In this document: positions 1 to 12,400 of the stretch, piece by piece
Layout of the letters: the number at the start of each line of letters is the position of its first letter
Numbering within the stretch: the first letter of the stretch is position 1
Source: Coniocarpon cinnabarinum
Taxonomy: Eukaryota
Length of the DNA stretch: 64,000 nucleotides
Assembly (NCBI GenBank): GCA_051942205.1
Contig: JAVECO010000019.1
Coordinates: 1-64,000 of the forward strand
Direction: 5' to 3'
Notes under the pieces: model-generated
The model's database searches: none
Seen by the model: the letters and a program-made list of their open reading frames with translations, nothing else
What the model was told of the DNA's origin: nothing
Program-made: the position numbers and the translations under genes

Positions 1-392
1 AGTAACTAGTATACTACTATAATAAAGATTACTTTATCTAATAATAGTAGTACTATTTAAAAAAGTAAGATATACTATAAACTAGTAAGTAATTAGTTTA
101 GTAGTTTATAACTTATAAGTTAGGTTAATTCTAAATTTAAATAATATTAAGCCTAAGAGAAAGGTAGGCTTACTATTAGACTATATAGACTAAGGTATAA
201 GCTAATATATTATACTTCTAGTACCTTTAGTGCCTCTAGTAGTCTAGAGGGTCTAGCCTACTTAGGGTTATATAATAGGTATATAAGAGGTCTAGAGGTA
301 TGCTGCGTTCTATTATATTAGGGTCTTATATATTAGCGCGGTAATACGCGTATATACGTAATCTCTTGTCCTATATTAGGTATAGCGTAACA
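1..392. mobile_element. RIP-degenerate terminus (probable LTR end) of a retroelement inserted into the RNase H region of gypsy element A
   Basis: TpA-rich sequence ending in GCGTAACA at 385-392, a canonical ...CA LTR end identical to the last 8 bp of LTR A. RNase H-like remnant sequence resumes immediately after. The other end is not identifiable in the window. Confidence 0.55.
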
Positions 393-3300
393 TAGAGCTA
401 GTATTAGTTAACTATATAATAGAAAGCTATAACTAGTAGCCTTCTACTTAAGAAAGCTCTTACTAATAGAAGTTAGATATAATATCTATAATAAAGAGCT
501 ATAAGCTATTATTATATTATACAAGTAATAGAGATATTACCTTAAAGGTGTAAAATATACTATTTAGGTCTATACTAACTATCTAAACCTTATCTATTTT
601 ATAATAATAAAATAGCTTAATAGATAATAAGGCTACTAGGTTAAGATTCTATTACCTTATAACTTAAAAATTAATTATAAAAAGGGATCTCTAAATAAAA
701 GAGTAGATACTCTAGGCTAATAACTAGACTATATAAAAAATAAACTAAAATTAAATTATATAATATTTATAAAATAAGAAAGTATAATATACTATTAGAG
801 GTATAAGCTTATAAAACTTAGAGTAAGTACTATTAAGCTAGATTATATACTTAAATTAATTAAATAAGAAACTTTAAAGAACCTAGAGATTTAATAAATT
901 AAAAAAATAAATTAGTAAAATAATTTAACCTTAATAAAATTAGATTATAGATATTATAAGTTTTAGGGTAGAATTTATATCTCTAGAAAACTAATAACCT
1001 AGGTTATCTCTAATTTCTATAACTTATAGACCTATAGACACCCTAGTATTAAGCAAACGCTTAAATAAATTATAAGAATATATTACTTCCTAAGAGTAAG
1101 ATAATAAGTTAAAGAATATATCTAAAAATATAATATATATATATAAACTAAACACTTAAGATATTTACTATATAAAGAACCCTAATATATAGAAATTCTA
1201 CTATAACCTTAGTATACTATTACTCTAGACTTTGTAACTAAACTACTAAAATTAAACTTTATAGAATAAGGAAGATATAATATAATTTGTATAGTTATAG
1301 ATAAACTAACTAAGTTTACATATTTTCTACCTATATATAAAGCTTTAACTATAGAATCTATAGTAAAAAGAATTATTGCTTATATTTAGGTAATATATAG
1401 AACTCTAAAAAAGATAATATTAGATAGAGATTAAAAATTTATCTCTAAATTTTAGAAAGAAATAACTTTAGCGCTTAGAATTATTTATAGAATATCTATA
1501 GCGTACTATCTATAGATAGATAGCTAAACTAAATAAACTAACTAAACTTTAGAATAATACTTACAAATGTTTATTAACTATAATTAAAATAATTAGACAG
1601 ATCTATTACTAACTATAATAACAGCTTATAATACGTTAAAGAATAAAATAACTTAGTTCTTACCTTTTAAAGTACTATATAGATTTTAGCTACTATTTAG
1701 AAAAACTACTTCTTATACTATAGACAATTAAGAAGTAACCTAGTTTATAGATAGAGTAAAATAGGTTTATTATTAGCTATAAGACAATATTTAATTTCTT
1801 TAAGTAAAAACTTCTAAATATACAAACTATACCCTAACACTATAGAATCTTAAAAAAGAGGGTAGAGTATATCTACTTATAAAAAATATTAAGACTAAAA
1901 GACTAACTAAAAAACTAGATTATACGAAAATTAGACTATTTAAGATTATTAAGCAAGTTAGAGTAGTTAACTTTAAACTTAAATTACTATTATATATAAA
2001 AATATATCTAGTATTCTATATTATACTTCTAGAGCTAGTATATACTAATAAAGCGGAACAACTAAATCTAACTATTAATAAAAATAATTAAGAACTAGAA
2101 TATAAAGTTAAGAATATAATATCTTAATATATATATTAACAATAAAAATAGTACCTTGTTAAATAGAAAGAATACCTAGATTTAAAAAATACTTAGAAAC
2201 TACTTAAAAACCTAGTAGGTTGCTAGAAGCTAATCTAGAGTTATTACTAATAAACACGCTAGCCTTAGGACAACTAATAGTATTAGCTATTAGACCTAAT
2301 AAAGAAGCCTTCTAACTACTAGACTAGAATCTATTAATATCTAACTTAAAGGTATTATGTAATATATTACTAATAGAAAGCAATATAGAAGTACTATACC
2401 TATAGTTATTAATAGCCTCCTACTTCTTAAGACAATCTACCTCTTTCTAGAATATCTCTCTTTACTTTTTCTTTAAATATCTTATCTTAATAACCTTCTT
2501 AGCCTACTAACAATTTAATTTCTTTTTCTTTTTCTATAATTAATAAAGGGTTTATATATAGAAATTAACTAAGTATAGGTTAGTAAGCGTAAATTAAGAG
2601 AAGACTTAAGATATAAATACTTAATAAAATTTATTAATATATTATACTTCTTTCTACGCCTAGCCCTAAGATACTAGGCATATATATAATAAAGATAAGA
2701 AGCTATATAATAAATTATACTAGCCTTATAATAATATAAATAAAAAGGTATTATTAGATTACACTACTTAATAATATAAGTAATTAATTTAATAAGATTT
2801 TTTATACACTTTTTAGTAGACAAGTTGTTAGATATATTAATATATACTTATAAAGAATAAGACTTAATAAAATATAGGTTACTAATAGTACTTATATATT
2901 TAGTAATATTATTAGTAATTAAGAATAATTTACTCTAAAGAGAGGGATTATATTACGCCTAGTAGATATAGTAGACTAAAAGTAGAAATATATAATATTA
3001 CTAACCTACTAGATTAAGAAGTATAACTATTAAGAATACAGCGTCCTTAACATAGCGTTTTTAGAGAATATTTAAGAATATAGCGTCTCTAACATAGTAT
3101 CTCTAAAAGGTATTAAAAATATAGCGTTCTAGGATATAGCGTTGCTACTTATATATACTAAGAACTAAACTATATAGCTAGACTAGTAGACTACTTAATA
3201 GAATAGTAGTCTACTAACTTATAAGCCTAAATATAATCTACTTTATTATTAATAAGTTATAAGTTTTACTCTTTACCTAAAACTTCTTATTTCTATTCTA

Positions 3301-3402
3301 AAGAGACTCTATACTAAGTCCTCTATACTTTAAAACCGCTAGCTCTCTCCTAATCGTATTAAGATAGGAAACTACTAAGAGATCTCTCTAACCTGCGTAA
3401 CA
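393..3402 (+). mobile_element. Ty3/gypsy chromovirus LTR retrotransposon A (3' half), RIP-inactivated
   Basis: After reversing TA to CA/TG: RNase H (PVAFYSRKL..YDIHDKEL, ~430-650), integrase HHCC (~1015-1140) and core (LDFVTKL, ISDRD, STAYHPQTDGQTER ~1494-1560), GPF motif (~1930), chromodomain (YEVE..YLVKWKGY...TWE ~2100-2210), PPT AAAGAGAGGGA 2937-2947, then the 3' LTR. Confidence 0.9.
2951..3402 (+). repeat. 3' LTR of element A (452 bp)
   Basis: Starts TATTACGC (TGTTACGC with a RIP G-to-A) just after the PPT and ends in the inverse GCGTAACA at 3395-3402. Contains three ~41-bp tandem units with AYAGCGT motifs at 3031-3145. Confidence 0.85.
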
Positions 3403-6357
3403 CTTAACAAAGTTACTATTAAAAACTAATACCTATTACTTCTAGTAACTAAGACCCTAGACCGCCTATTAAAGGCTTAATACTATATAAAGCTTAATAT
3501 TATCTCTACGTTTAATAAGCTCTAAATTTAAGAAGATAATAAGTAGAAGACTACTTTTTTAACGCGCTATAGCCTATTTAAGTACTTAATAATACCCTTT
3601 AGTTTTTATAATAGCCTAGCTTTATTCTAAGCCTATATTAATAAGGCTCTATATAGCCTTCTTAACATCTTTTATATAGCCTATATAAATAATATCCTAA
3701 TCTATAGCTCTAGTCTTTAAGAGTACTAATAGTATATATTAAAAGTACTTTAATAGCTTTATAAGTTAGGCCTATAAGTTAATATTTTAAAGTATAAATT
3801 TAATACTTAAAAAGTCTAGTATTTAGGGCTTATAATTAGTACCTAAGATATTTAAATAGACCCTAAGAAAGTTACTATAGTTACCTAATAGCTAACCTTT
3901 AGCTTAGTTAAAGATATTTAAGGCTTTCTAGGCTTTATAAACTTCTACTAATAGTTTATCTTAAAGTTCTTAAAGATTACTAAGCCTCTAATAGAGCTTA
4001 TAAAGAAGAACTAAAAGTTTTAATAGACTAAAGCCTATTAAGCTACTTTTATTTAAATTAAAGTATAATTTAAAGAAAATAATCTATTAGCTTATTTTAA
4101 TCTAAATAAGAAGATAGTTATTAAGCCTAATACTTCTAATTAGATAACTACTATAGTTCTATCTTAGTATAATAAGTAAAGCGTATTATAGCTAATTATA
4201 TTTATATCTAAAAAAATACTACCTATAGAGTATAACTATAAAATTTATAATAAAGAGCTATTAGTAATTATTTAAGCCTTTAAGTAATAGATAGTAAAGC
4301 TTAAATTAGTTAACTAGCTTATCTAGGTCCTATCTAATTATAAGAACCTAAAATACTTTATATTAATAAAGAAGCTTACGTCTAAGTAAGTATAATAAAG
4401 TAAGTTTTTATTTTAGTTTAACTTCTAGATTAGATACTACCTAAGTAAGAAGAATAGTAAGCCTAATACTTTTATAAAAATTTTTGCTAATTATCTCTAA
4501 TCTATAGAAGACGATTAAGTCTAGTAGTATATATAGCAAGTTCTTAAACTATATTAGATCCTAAGACCTGCTTAGGTAGATACTAACCTAGTCTAAGATA
4601 TTAGTTAGAATAAGATTAATTAGTAAGAGGCCTACTATGCTAACCTACTAGTATAGAGGATCTAAGAAGTACTATAGTAAGGTATAGTAACTAATACTAA
4701 GCTTAAACTACCTAACTACTAGCTAACTATATATAGGTTTTAATACTATAAAAAGAACTATATCCCTAAATTTATCTATATAGTAGTTATATAGCACTTC
4801 TATAAATTACCTCTATATAGATACTAAGGACCTACTATACTCTTTACTCTTCTCTATTAATAATACTTTTAGCCCTCTATATATTAAGACGTCCCTTAAT
4901 TTTACTATAGTTATAAGAGCTATAGGTAGAATAACTACTTAACTAGAAAGCTACTAGGCTTACTATATCTTCTTAAAGCTTTATAAAAGGCTTTTTATTA
5001 CCTAACTCTTAATTTTATAGGTCTACTACCTATAAGTAAGTACTAAAAGTAAAAGTTTAAATATATTCTATAGGTTATTAATAGACTTACTAAGTAGGTT
5101 TAGCTAGTACTTATACCTAATATTACTATAGCTACTACTATAGAAGCCTTTATTAAGTATATATTTTAATTTACTAGGCTACTAGACTCTCTAGTATTTA
5201 ATTAAGGCTTAATATTCTTATTAAAGTTCTAGAACGCCTTCTATATAAAGCTAGGTATTAAGTATAAACTATTAATAGTATACTACCTAGAGATAGACAA
5301 GTAGATAGAATAAGTAAATTATATACTAGTAACCTACCTAAGGTACTATATTAACTACCTATAAGATAACTAAGTATAATAGCTTCTACTTACTAAGTTT
5401 TATACTAATAACTATATTAATGCTAGTATAAGTATCTCTCTATTCTTTACTACTTTTAGATATTACTTCTATATATGATTTAAGCCTAAATTAATAATAG
5501 ATAAGCCTTAGGCTACTACTAGCTTTACTTAGGATATAGAATATATATACTAGTACTATAGAAAAGCCTTATAACTAGTATAGGCCACCTAATTAAGCTT
5601 AGTAAATAAGTACTGCCTACTAGTGCTCTAGCTTAAAGCAGATAACTAAGTTTTTTTAGATATTTAGTACTTATAGCGTTAGAGACCTTTATTAAAGCTT
5701 AATTTAGTATATATAGGCCTATATAAAATTATATAAATAAAAATACTACTAGTTATAGTACTTAAGCTCTCTAGTAGTCTAAGAATTAATAGCTAATTTT
5801 ATATATCTCTGCTACGTTCCTACTTACTAGACACCTATCTAAAGTAATAATAGCTATAATCTTTACCTCTAGATATTTAAGAAGATAATCTACCCTTATA
5901 TAAAGTTAATTAAATTATTAACTTAAGATATTAATATAGGAAGCTATAATATCTAGTTAAATAGATAGAATACTAAGAACCTATATAGAAGCCCTATATA
6001 AATATTAATAATACCTAAGACGCTAAGAATAACTACTACTAAGCCTACTCTAACTAACTAGGCTCTAAACTAACCTCTAAGTACCTAAAATAAATACTAA
6101 GAACGCTAATAAAGCTGCTTATAGAAGCTTACTAATAAAAGAAGGGAGTAATATAAGGATCTAGAGCTAGAATTATAAGGCTATATAATATAAGCGCGTA
6201 TATAACTATATAGGGTATATAACCCTAAGGGCTTAGCGCGTACTTTTAATAACTTCTTTATATATAAAGAAGCTTTCTTCTTTTTTATACAACGTTCTTT
6301 GTAGTTAGGCTAGTCTATAGGTACCGCATCGAATCCTATTAGGCTACAATCCTTACA
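3403..6357 (+). mobile_element. Ty3/gypsy chromovirus LTR retrotransposon C (RT to 3' LTR), RIP-inactivated, interrupted in RT by element A
   Basis: Begins mid-RT (LNKVTIKNRYPLP..KLDI..EWKTAF.TRYGLFEYLVMPFG, YxDDILIYS ~3682), then RNase H, integrase, GPY (~5715), chromodomain (~5900-5995), PPT AAAAGAAGGGAG 6137-6148 and the LTR. Confidence 0.9.
6152..6357 (+). repeat. 3' LTR of element C (206 bp)
   Basis: TATAAGGAT (TGTAAGGAT with RIP) at 6152-6160 after the PPT; inverse ATCCTTACA at 6349-6357. Confidence 0.85.
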
Positions 6358-6700
6358 ACGATTTTAAAAAGCTATACATAAATAAAAATATTCTTATAAG
6401 ATATATATCTTTATATAAATTTTTAAGTATACAAAAGCTTAATATATTATATACACTTATTATATTATTTTAAATAATTAAGAAAAAGGTAGTAATAGTA
6501 TTAGTAAAGATTACTATAAAGCCTAATTTTTAGAACTATATATATGTATCTAGTTATTATAAAAAGAAGTGTTTTAGGGGTACCTAGAATTGTGCGCGCA
6601 CTACAAAAGTTTAGAAATTAGGCTTAGACGCTCTACAAAATTAATTTATAATAAGTATTACTATATTAGGCAGTTTGTATACAAAAGTGTGTTCGTGAGG
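6358..6700. mobile_element. Unclassified RIP-like AT-rich repeat remnant at the edge of the TE block
   Basis: TpA-rich composition continues past LTR C with recurring TACAAAA motifs, then switches abruptly to balanced GC at ~6690-6780. Confidence 0.4.
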
Positions 6701-6853
6701 GGTGCAAGTGCCCCACAGGAGCGTCTGAGTACACTGAGACTAAGGTTATCCCTTGATATAACTTTCGAGGCTCACCTTCGGTAACGATGCGCTTGGTTGT
6801 TCGATGGGAAGCTTTTATCTTGTTGAAGATCAGACTCTTTCGTCAAAGCCTGG

Positions 6854-8404
6854 ATGGCGCGTCTACCACTAGAACTTAGAACTTTCGTGGCCGATGAGTT
6901 GGAAGCTTCATATGCATTTTCTGCTCTTGCTTCTCTTGCACGGACTTCAAAAGAATGGGTCGACCCCTGCCGTGACGCGCTATACCGGTTCCTCTCGTAC
7001 GATGAGAGTGATGATGATCCAGACGACCTGTGGCGCTTCACTGCAACGGTGATGATGCATCCACATTTGGCAGCGCGGGTACTGCATGTGTCTCTTCATA
7101 TCGAACAAGAAAGATATGATTACGAATCCCTTGGAGGTCAACAACTGCTTACTGAGCCGACTATGGATGCAGACGACACTTTGCAATCTCTCAAAAAATT
7201 CGAAAAATGGCTCGTGGTAGCGCTTCTCTTGAATCACGTTTGTAATCTTCGAAGACTCAAGTTAGGAGTACCAACGATTACCTGGCAGTAAGTCTTGTAT
7301 ATCTTACCCACAAATGACTTCAATTGGGAACACTAATAAAACTTACAGGAGGCAACTAAGCGATAATATATCTCTTGACGCTCTCAACCAACTTCAAAAG
7401 GTGCATCTCATGAGTTGCCGGCAGTTTCCAGAGGAAGACATGTCATACAAGGTTGATCCTGAGCTCGCGGGGCGGCTTCTGAACTGCCCGCATCTCGTCG
7501 AGGCTTCCATTTTTGATATGAATCTGTTTTGTGAGTTTTTCCAAGGCCGTGAAGTTGGGTTCCACCTCACAGGCTCCAAAACCCGTCGTGCAAGCATGAT
7601 TGAATTTCGAGAGAAGGACAGTGTCTACTGCTTATGTCTTTGAGACCATCTGTATCGCGCATTGACTACGAAACAAGCTCACTAATTGATTTTCCAGCAC
7701 GTGATTACCAGAAAGTCGAAGTCCATGCATCCATGCTCACGCCAACGTTTCCGCGTACGACGCTCACGTACCTCGGTCTTGATTTCCGGCACGTACCCAT
7801 TGATGATGATACCGTCGTATCTCTCATCTCTGCATGCTCCAATCTGCTTCACTTACGTCTCTCGTACGAAAAGAGATATACCTGTGCCAGGACTGCTCCC
7901 TTTGCAAAGAAATTGGGAAGTGCGGTATCTCAGTCCAAGAAAACCCTTGAGAATCTTGAGCTTCAGCTGCCTCAACGAATCGACATGGGTCAGCCCCCAG
8001 ATCCATTTATCTCTCTAAGGGACTTTGCGAAATTGAAGTGGCTTTTCATTGACGTCTTCGCACTTTCCCAGGCTGCGGCCGAGCTCCGGCAGCCTTTTCC
8101 TGACCTACTTCCCGAATCGATAGAGCAAGTGCACTTCGCAGGCTACAATTATCAGGACCCCAACATCAGCCCTACTATCAGAGACATCGATGATCTAGTC
8201 ACAAATCTTGATCTTCTATTGACTGCTAAGAAGTCAGGGCGACTGCAGAAGTGGCGTGTATTCACCGATAATTGCCAACCGCCTCTATTCCAAGTGGCAG
8301 AACAGGAGCAACGTTGGAATGGAATGTGCGACGCAATCGGGCTGGATAGGCACATTCCCGATGAAATTCAGAGGCTCGTTGAATGGGGCACATCAGACCC
8401 ATAA
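6854..8404 (+). CDS. F-box-like / LRR-like hypothetical protein, possibly frameshifted near 7600-7640
   Basis: N-terminal LPLEL..F-box-like start with L.SLARTSK and LYR. GT-AG intron 7288-7348 joins ORF 6854 to the 7314 frame. LRR-like segments (NLRRLKL, NLLHLRL, TLENLEL, LRDFAKLKWLFI, LLPESIEQVHF). The 7634 ORF is in another frame with no convincing intron between. Confidence 0.6.
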
Positions 8405-8526
8405 GCATTCCCAGTTCCTTTGGCTCTATGACTTCTGTTTTCTCGACCTGCTGCATGCGAACACGACAGGCTGATTCAGAGCACAGAGCGATCGCCGGTT
8501 CCCTTGCCCTTCTTTATGACAAGAAC

Positions 8527-8841
8527 ATGGCAGATGACGCCAGCGACGACCCGTTTCCCTGGAATGTGGATCCGAGGCATCTCGAACCCTCTGACTATAC
8601 CCCGTCCTCCAAAAATAGCGATGATGAAGATCATTCGGATTCTGAACCAGACGACCCCTATTATCACAACGAAAATTGGCGTCCGAGAAACATTGATCCC
8701 GAAGCGACTCATTATCACGACGACATCTGGCGCCCGAGAAATAGAGAACAAATCGACGATGAAGCGAGTGACTCGGACTCGGACTCTAGAAGTGAAGACG
8801 TCGATCGAGAAGCGGCAAATGATCGGACCACTCCAGCTTAG
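8527..8841 (+). CDS. Small acidic hypothetical protein with a duplicated YHxxxWRPRN motif
   Basis: ATG at 8527; D/E/S-rich; two copies of YH[ND][ED][NI]WRPRN, with a nucleotide repeat at ~8661-8691 and ~8712-8742. Confidence 0.4.
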   Translation: MADDASDDPFPWNVDPRHLEPSDYTPSSKNSDDEDHSDSEPDDPYYHNENWRPRNIDPEATHYHDDIWRPRNREQIDDEASDSDSDSRSEDVDREAANDRTTPA

Positions 8842-9474
8842 ACAGGTCCTGAAGCGAGGTACTCGATGTGCAGTGACTCCGTTGCTCTGGATTTCATTGT
8901 TCCCATCACAAAGCAGTACTGCAATCGGAGTTGGCTACGTTCCCCCAAGGGGCCGTCACGAAAGCGCTTAGCTTTTTGGCGCTCTTAGAAGCAAGGCTGG
9001 CACGCTGCAATATTCATGGAAGTGTTCCTGTGATCCAATGCGGTCTCGCATTGTCAGAGGCCCCTTCTCACCACCAGATCAAGGTTACCAACAGCCTTGA
9101 GTCGCTCAATTCAAGGCTGGAGGAGCTTCAAGCAGACGCACCCCGCGTACTCACTGTGTGCTCAACTACTTGACTTGACAAGCACGCAATCCAGCGTATA
9201 CTTCTGTAGCAGGGTCTTTGACTAAGAATACTATTCTTCTCGTTGAGACCCATGCAGGACTCAGTTCGCAAAACCAACAAGCAAGCATTCAGATGCAACG
9301 CCTTTGAGACGTTGAGACGCATTTGAGGAACGCAGTCTTCTGCACTGTATTTGCATTGAAAACTCGGCGTGCTTTCTCTTCATCACTGTACCTCTGTATG
9401 TCATTCGACTCTGCATAGGCAACCCAGCTCACTTGTACCCAATCCAATCCAAGTCTTCACTGCTCTGAGCTATC

Positions 9475-12400
9475 CTAAGACTCCTCCTCCGTCGTCCCTA
9501 GGATCTCCCTCATCACATCATCCAACACTGGTCCCTTCTTCGCCGCTAAACCTCCTTTCGCCACCTTCGCTGGGACTTTGAATGGTTTCTGTCCTATTGA
9601 TACATGTCGTCGTGACTGGGTATTGGTGTGTTTCTCCCTCAAAGGCGCCAATGGCTTTCTCGGACTCTTGGGCTTCCTTTTCGTCTCGCTCTCATTTGTC
9701 TCGATGCTTTTCTCGGGGGCCTTACCATCCGTGTTATTTGCAACGCCAATTGCAGACCTTTGAGGACTAGCCGCATCGAGATTACTCAAAGCAGGCACAC
9801 TTCCTTCCCACCCCTCACCCAAATCTACAACCCCTCCATCATCCTCGAAACATCCCACCAGTCTCTGCAACACAGGATCCCCACTCAACGTCCGTCTGGA
9901 TCCTACACACAAAATCTTACTTCTGGCCCGTGTAACCGCCACGTTAACCCTCCGCCAGTCCTTCAACAACTCACCCACCACTCTGGCTTCATTACTCCGC
10001 ACACAACTGAGGATGACGACTTCTTTGTCGCGTCCCTGGAAGCGATCAGCGGTGTGCGCTTCTACTTCTTTGGCGCCGGGACCGAGACTGCTGAGGTGCG
10101 TTTTGAGGAGGGAGAGTTGAGAGCGGTAGAACGTTATGACCCCTATGGAAGCGGCGGGGACGCCAGAGGTGATTAATGAGCTGATGAGGGCGGTGGTGAG
10201 ATTAGCTTCGAGAGTGTTAGTTATGCGCGCGTTGGTGGCGTGTTCGTGGTTATGTGGCGGGAGGGTGTCGGTGTTCAGGAAGATGAGTGGTGAGGAATCC
10301 GGAGCCAGACATCTTGCGATCCACGATGTCCGCATATTTGCCTGTCCACGTGAGGAATCGGCAGACGTATCACCTCGCCACCGTGGCAGATCCAATCGTC
10401 GCGTCGCCACAGCCTCATTCCCGCATTGCAACCTCCCATTATAGATGAGACTATTAGCCACGCTCATAATCTCAGCGTTCATGCGATACTGCACCCCCAG
10501 CTCAACGACAGCTTCAGGATGCGCCTCGCACAGAGTCCGGAAAAGACTGATGTCTAGCCCGCCTTCCAACGCTGCTTTGTTCTGCACAAGCGGTGGGAGT
10601 TGAAAATGGTCACCCACCAGCACGAAAGACCGAGCAAGTCTTATGGGGCCGAGACAGACGGGTAGAGTAATTTGGGAGGCTTCGTCGACTATGCAGTAGT
10701 CAAATGTCCGCTGCTGGAAGATGCCGTGGTTAATGCCGAGACATGTCGTGGCGACGACTTGAGGCTCGTGGTAGAGCCGTTCCAGTTCTTCGATTGTAGC
10801 GCGCGGTTCGGCGGCAAGCGAGGCGAAGGACCCGACGTCTGGATGGATTTTTGAAAGAGTGCCGAGGCGGAGCATTGGGATTTTGTCATCGCGGAGCTTG
10901 AGGAGAATGTTGTCCACGGCGCTGTGAGTGTAAGAGGTCAATAGGACGGACTTGCCCTTTGCGACGAGCGCGCGAATAATGTGGGCGATTGTGGTGGTTT
11001 TGCCAGTGCCGGGCATGCCCAGCACGAGGGCGTAGTCCTCAGCACTCAGAATCTTTTCGATGGCGCGGCGCTGATCCGTGTTGACGCTGCTTTGGCTTGC
11101 GGGGCCTGAGATGTCGTAGGCTGTGGAATGAGTCCTGAAGGTGGGCGCCACCTTGTCTACGATTAAGGATCGTAACTTGTTCGCATTGAAAGCTGTCTGT
11201 GACATGAGCGATACCAGGTTCGCGCGGACCAGAGACATGCCATTAGAAAACTCATCTTTGTCGACTCGGTACAAGACAGGGGTGTTTGGCGTGCTGGTGG
11301 CGTTGCTGCTCTGGCTGCGCTGCCATTGTGAGCTACCTCTACTAAAGGTATCTGTGATCCCGGCGAAAACCTGATTATTTTCCGCATGGAAACCGTCCAA
11401 TCGAGCTCGCGCATTGTGTAGTCTCCGATCGACGGCTACCTCAACGCGGGTCTTAGTTAGGGAAGTGACATATCCCTTTGCCAGTGCGTAGTGCCCAAGC
11501 TCGTCTGACACCACGATTGGATCGCCGGTGGCGATCTGCGATTCATTGAAGGAAAAGCTGTCGAACTCATCGAGCTTGTGGAAGCTGTAAGTGTAACGAT
11601 TAATCTTCGACGTCCCCTTTTCTTCAGCGGCACTTTCAGTGATCAAGCTGACGTTTGCAAAGCACCGGCCAAGCTTCTCACGCTCTCGACTGAGCATCGT
11701 CCACAGCTCTCGCCGAAACTTCATCATCTCGCTTTCCTCCTTCGTGAGAAGGACATTCCACTGCCGGAAGAAAGCCTGATGGGTTGGACCAAGCTGCTTT
11801 GTGAGCTCCTCGAACTTGTTACGGAGACCGCTCGTTTCACCGTCGCCGTCTTCGACCAACTTGTGGTAGATTAAGCAAGGCTCTTTGGCATAACATTTCG
11901 AGCACGTATGCGTATTTCGAAGCATCGGCGGCAACGCCAGCCGTTCGCGGACGTAGCAAGCCAATTCGTTTCTCTGCATAATCATGTGACGAAGCTCGTG
12001 ACGAATGGCAGGGATACGTAGTGTTTGCGAGGTCTCAACATGGTAGAGTATGCCATAGGCAACGGCCACATCGTATCGATCAGAGAGAAGCAGGGTATAG
12101 AGGGCTGTTTGTGCTCTGTGAGAAGGACTCTCTCGCTTACCGGTCTTCAGCTCGAATGGAACAGTCAAGGTCTGGGCGTCACGCCCATCCTCTGCGTCCA
12201 TCGTAATTTGAATCGTGGCATCGATGTTGCCTTTCAGGCCGTACATTGGCGACCAGATGTGTTCTTCGACATCCAGAAGCTTGTTGACGCTCATTTGGAC
12301 AAGCCGTCCATTGCGATCTTTCACAGTACCAAAGCCTTCGTTCTTGGACTTGATGAACACCTGCGCCCATGATTGCAACTCTGGAATCTTGTTCTGTAAG

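Noticed and set aside
6693..6720. GGGGTGCAAGTGCCCC hairpin as a Helitron end or TIR
   Set aside because: Imperfect stem, no adjacent CTRR terminus and no partner repeat found.
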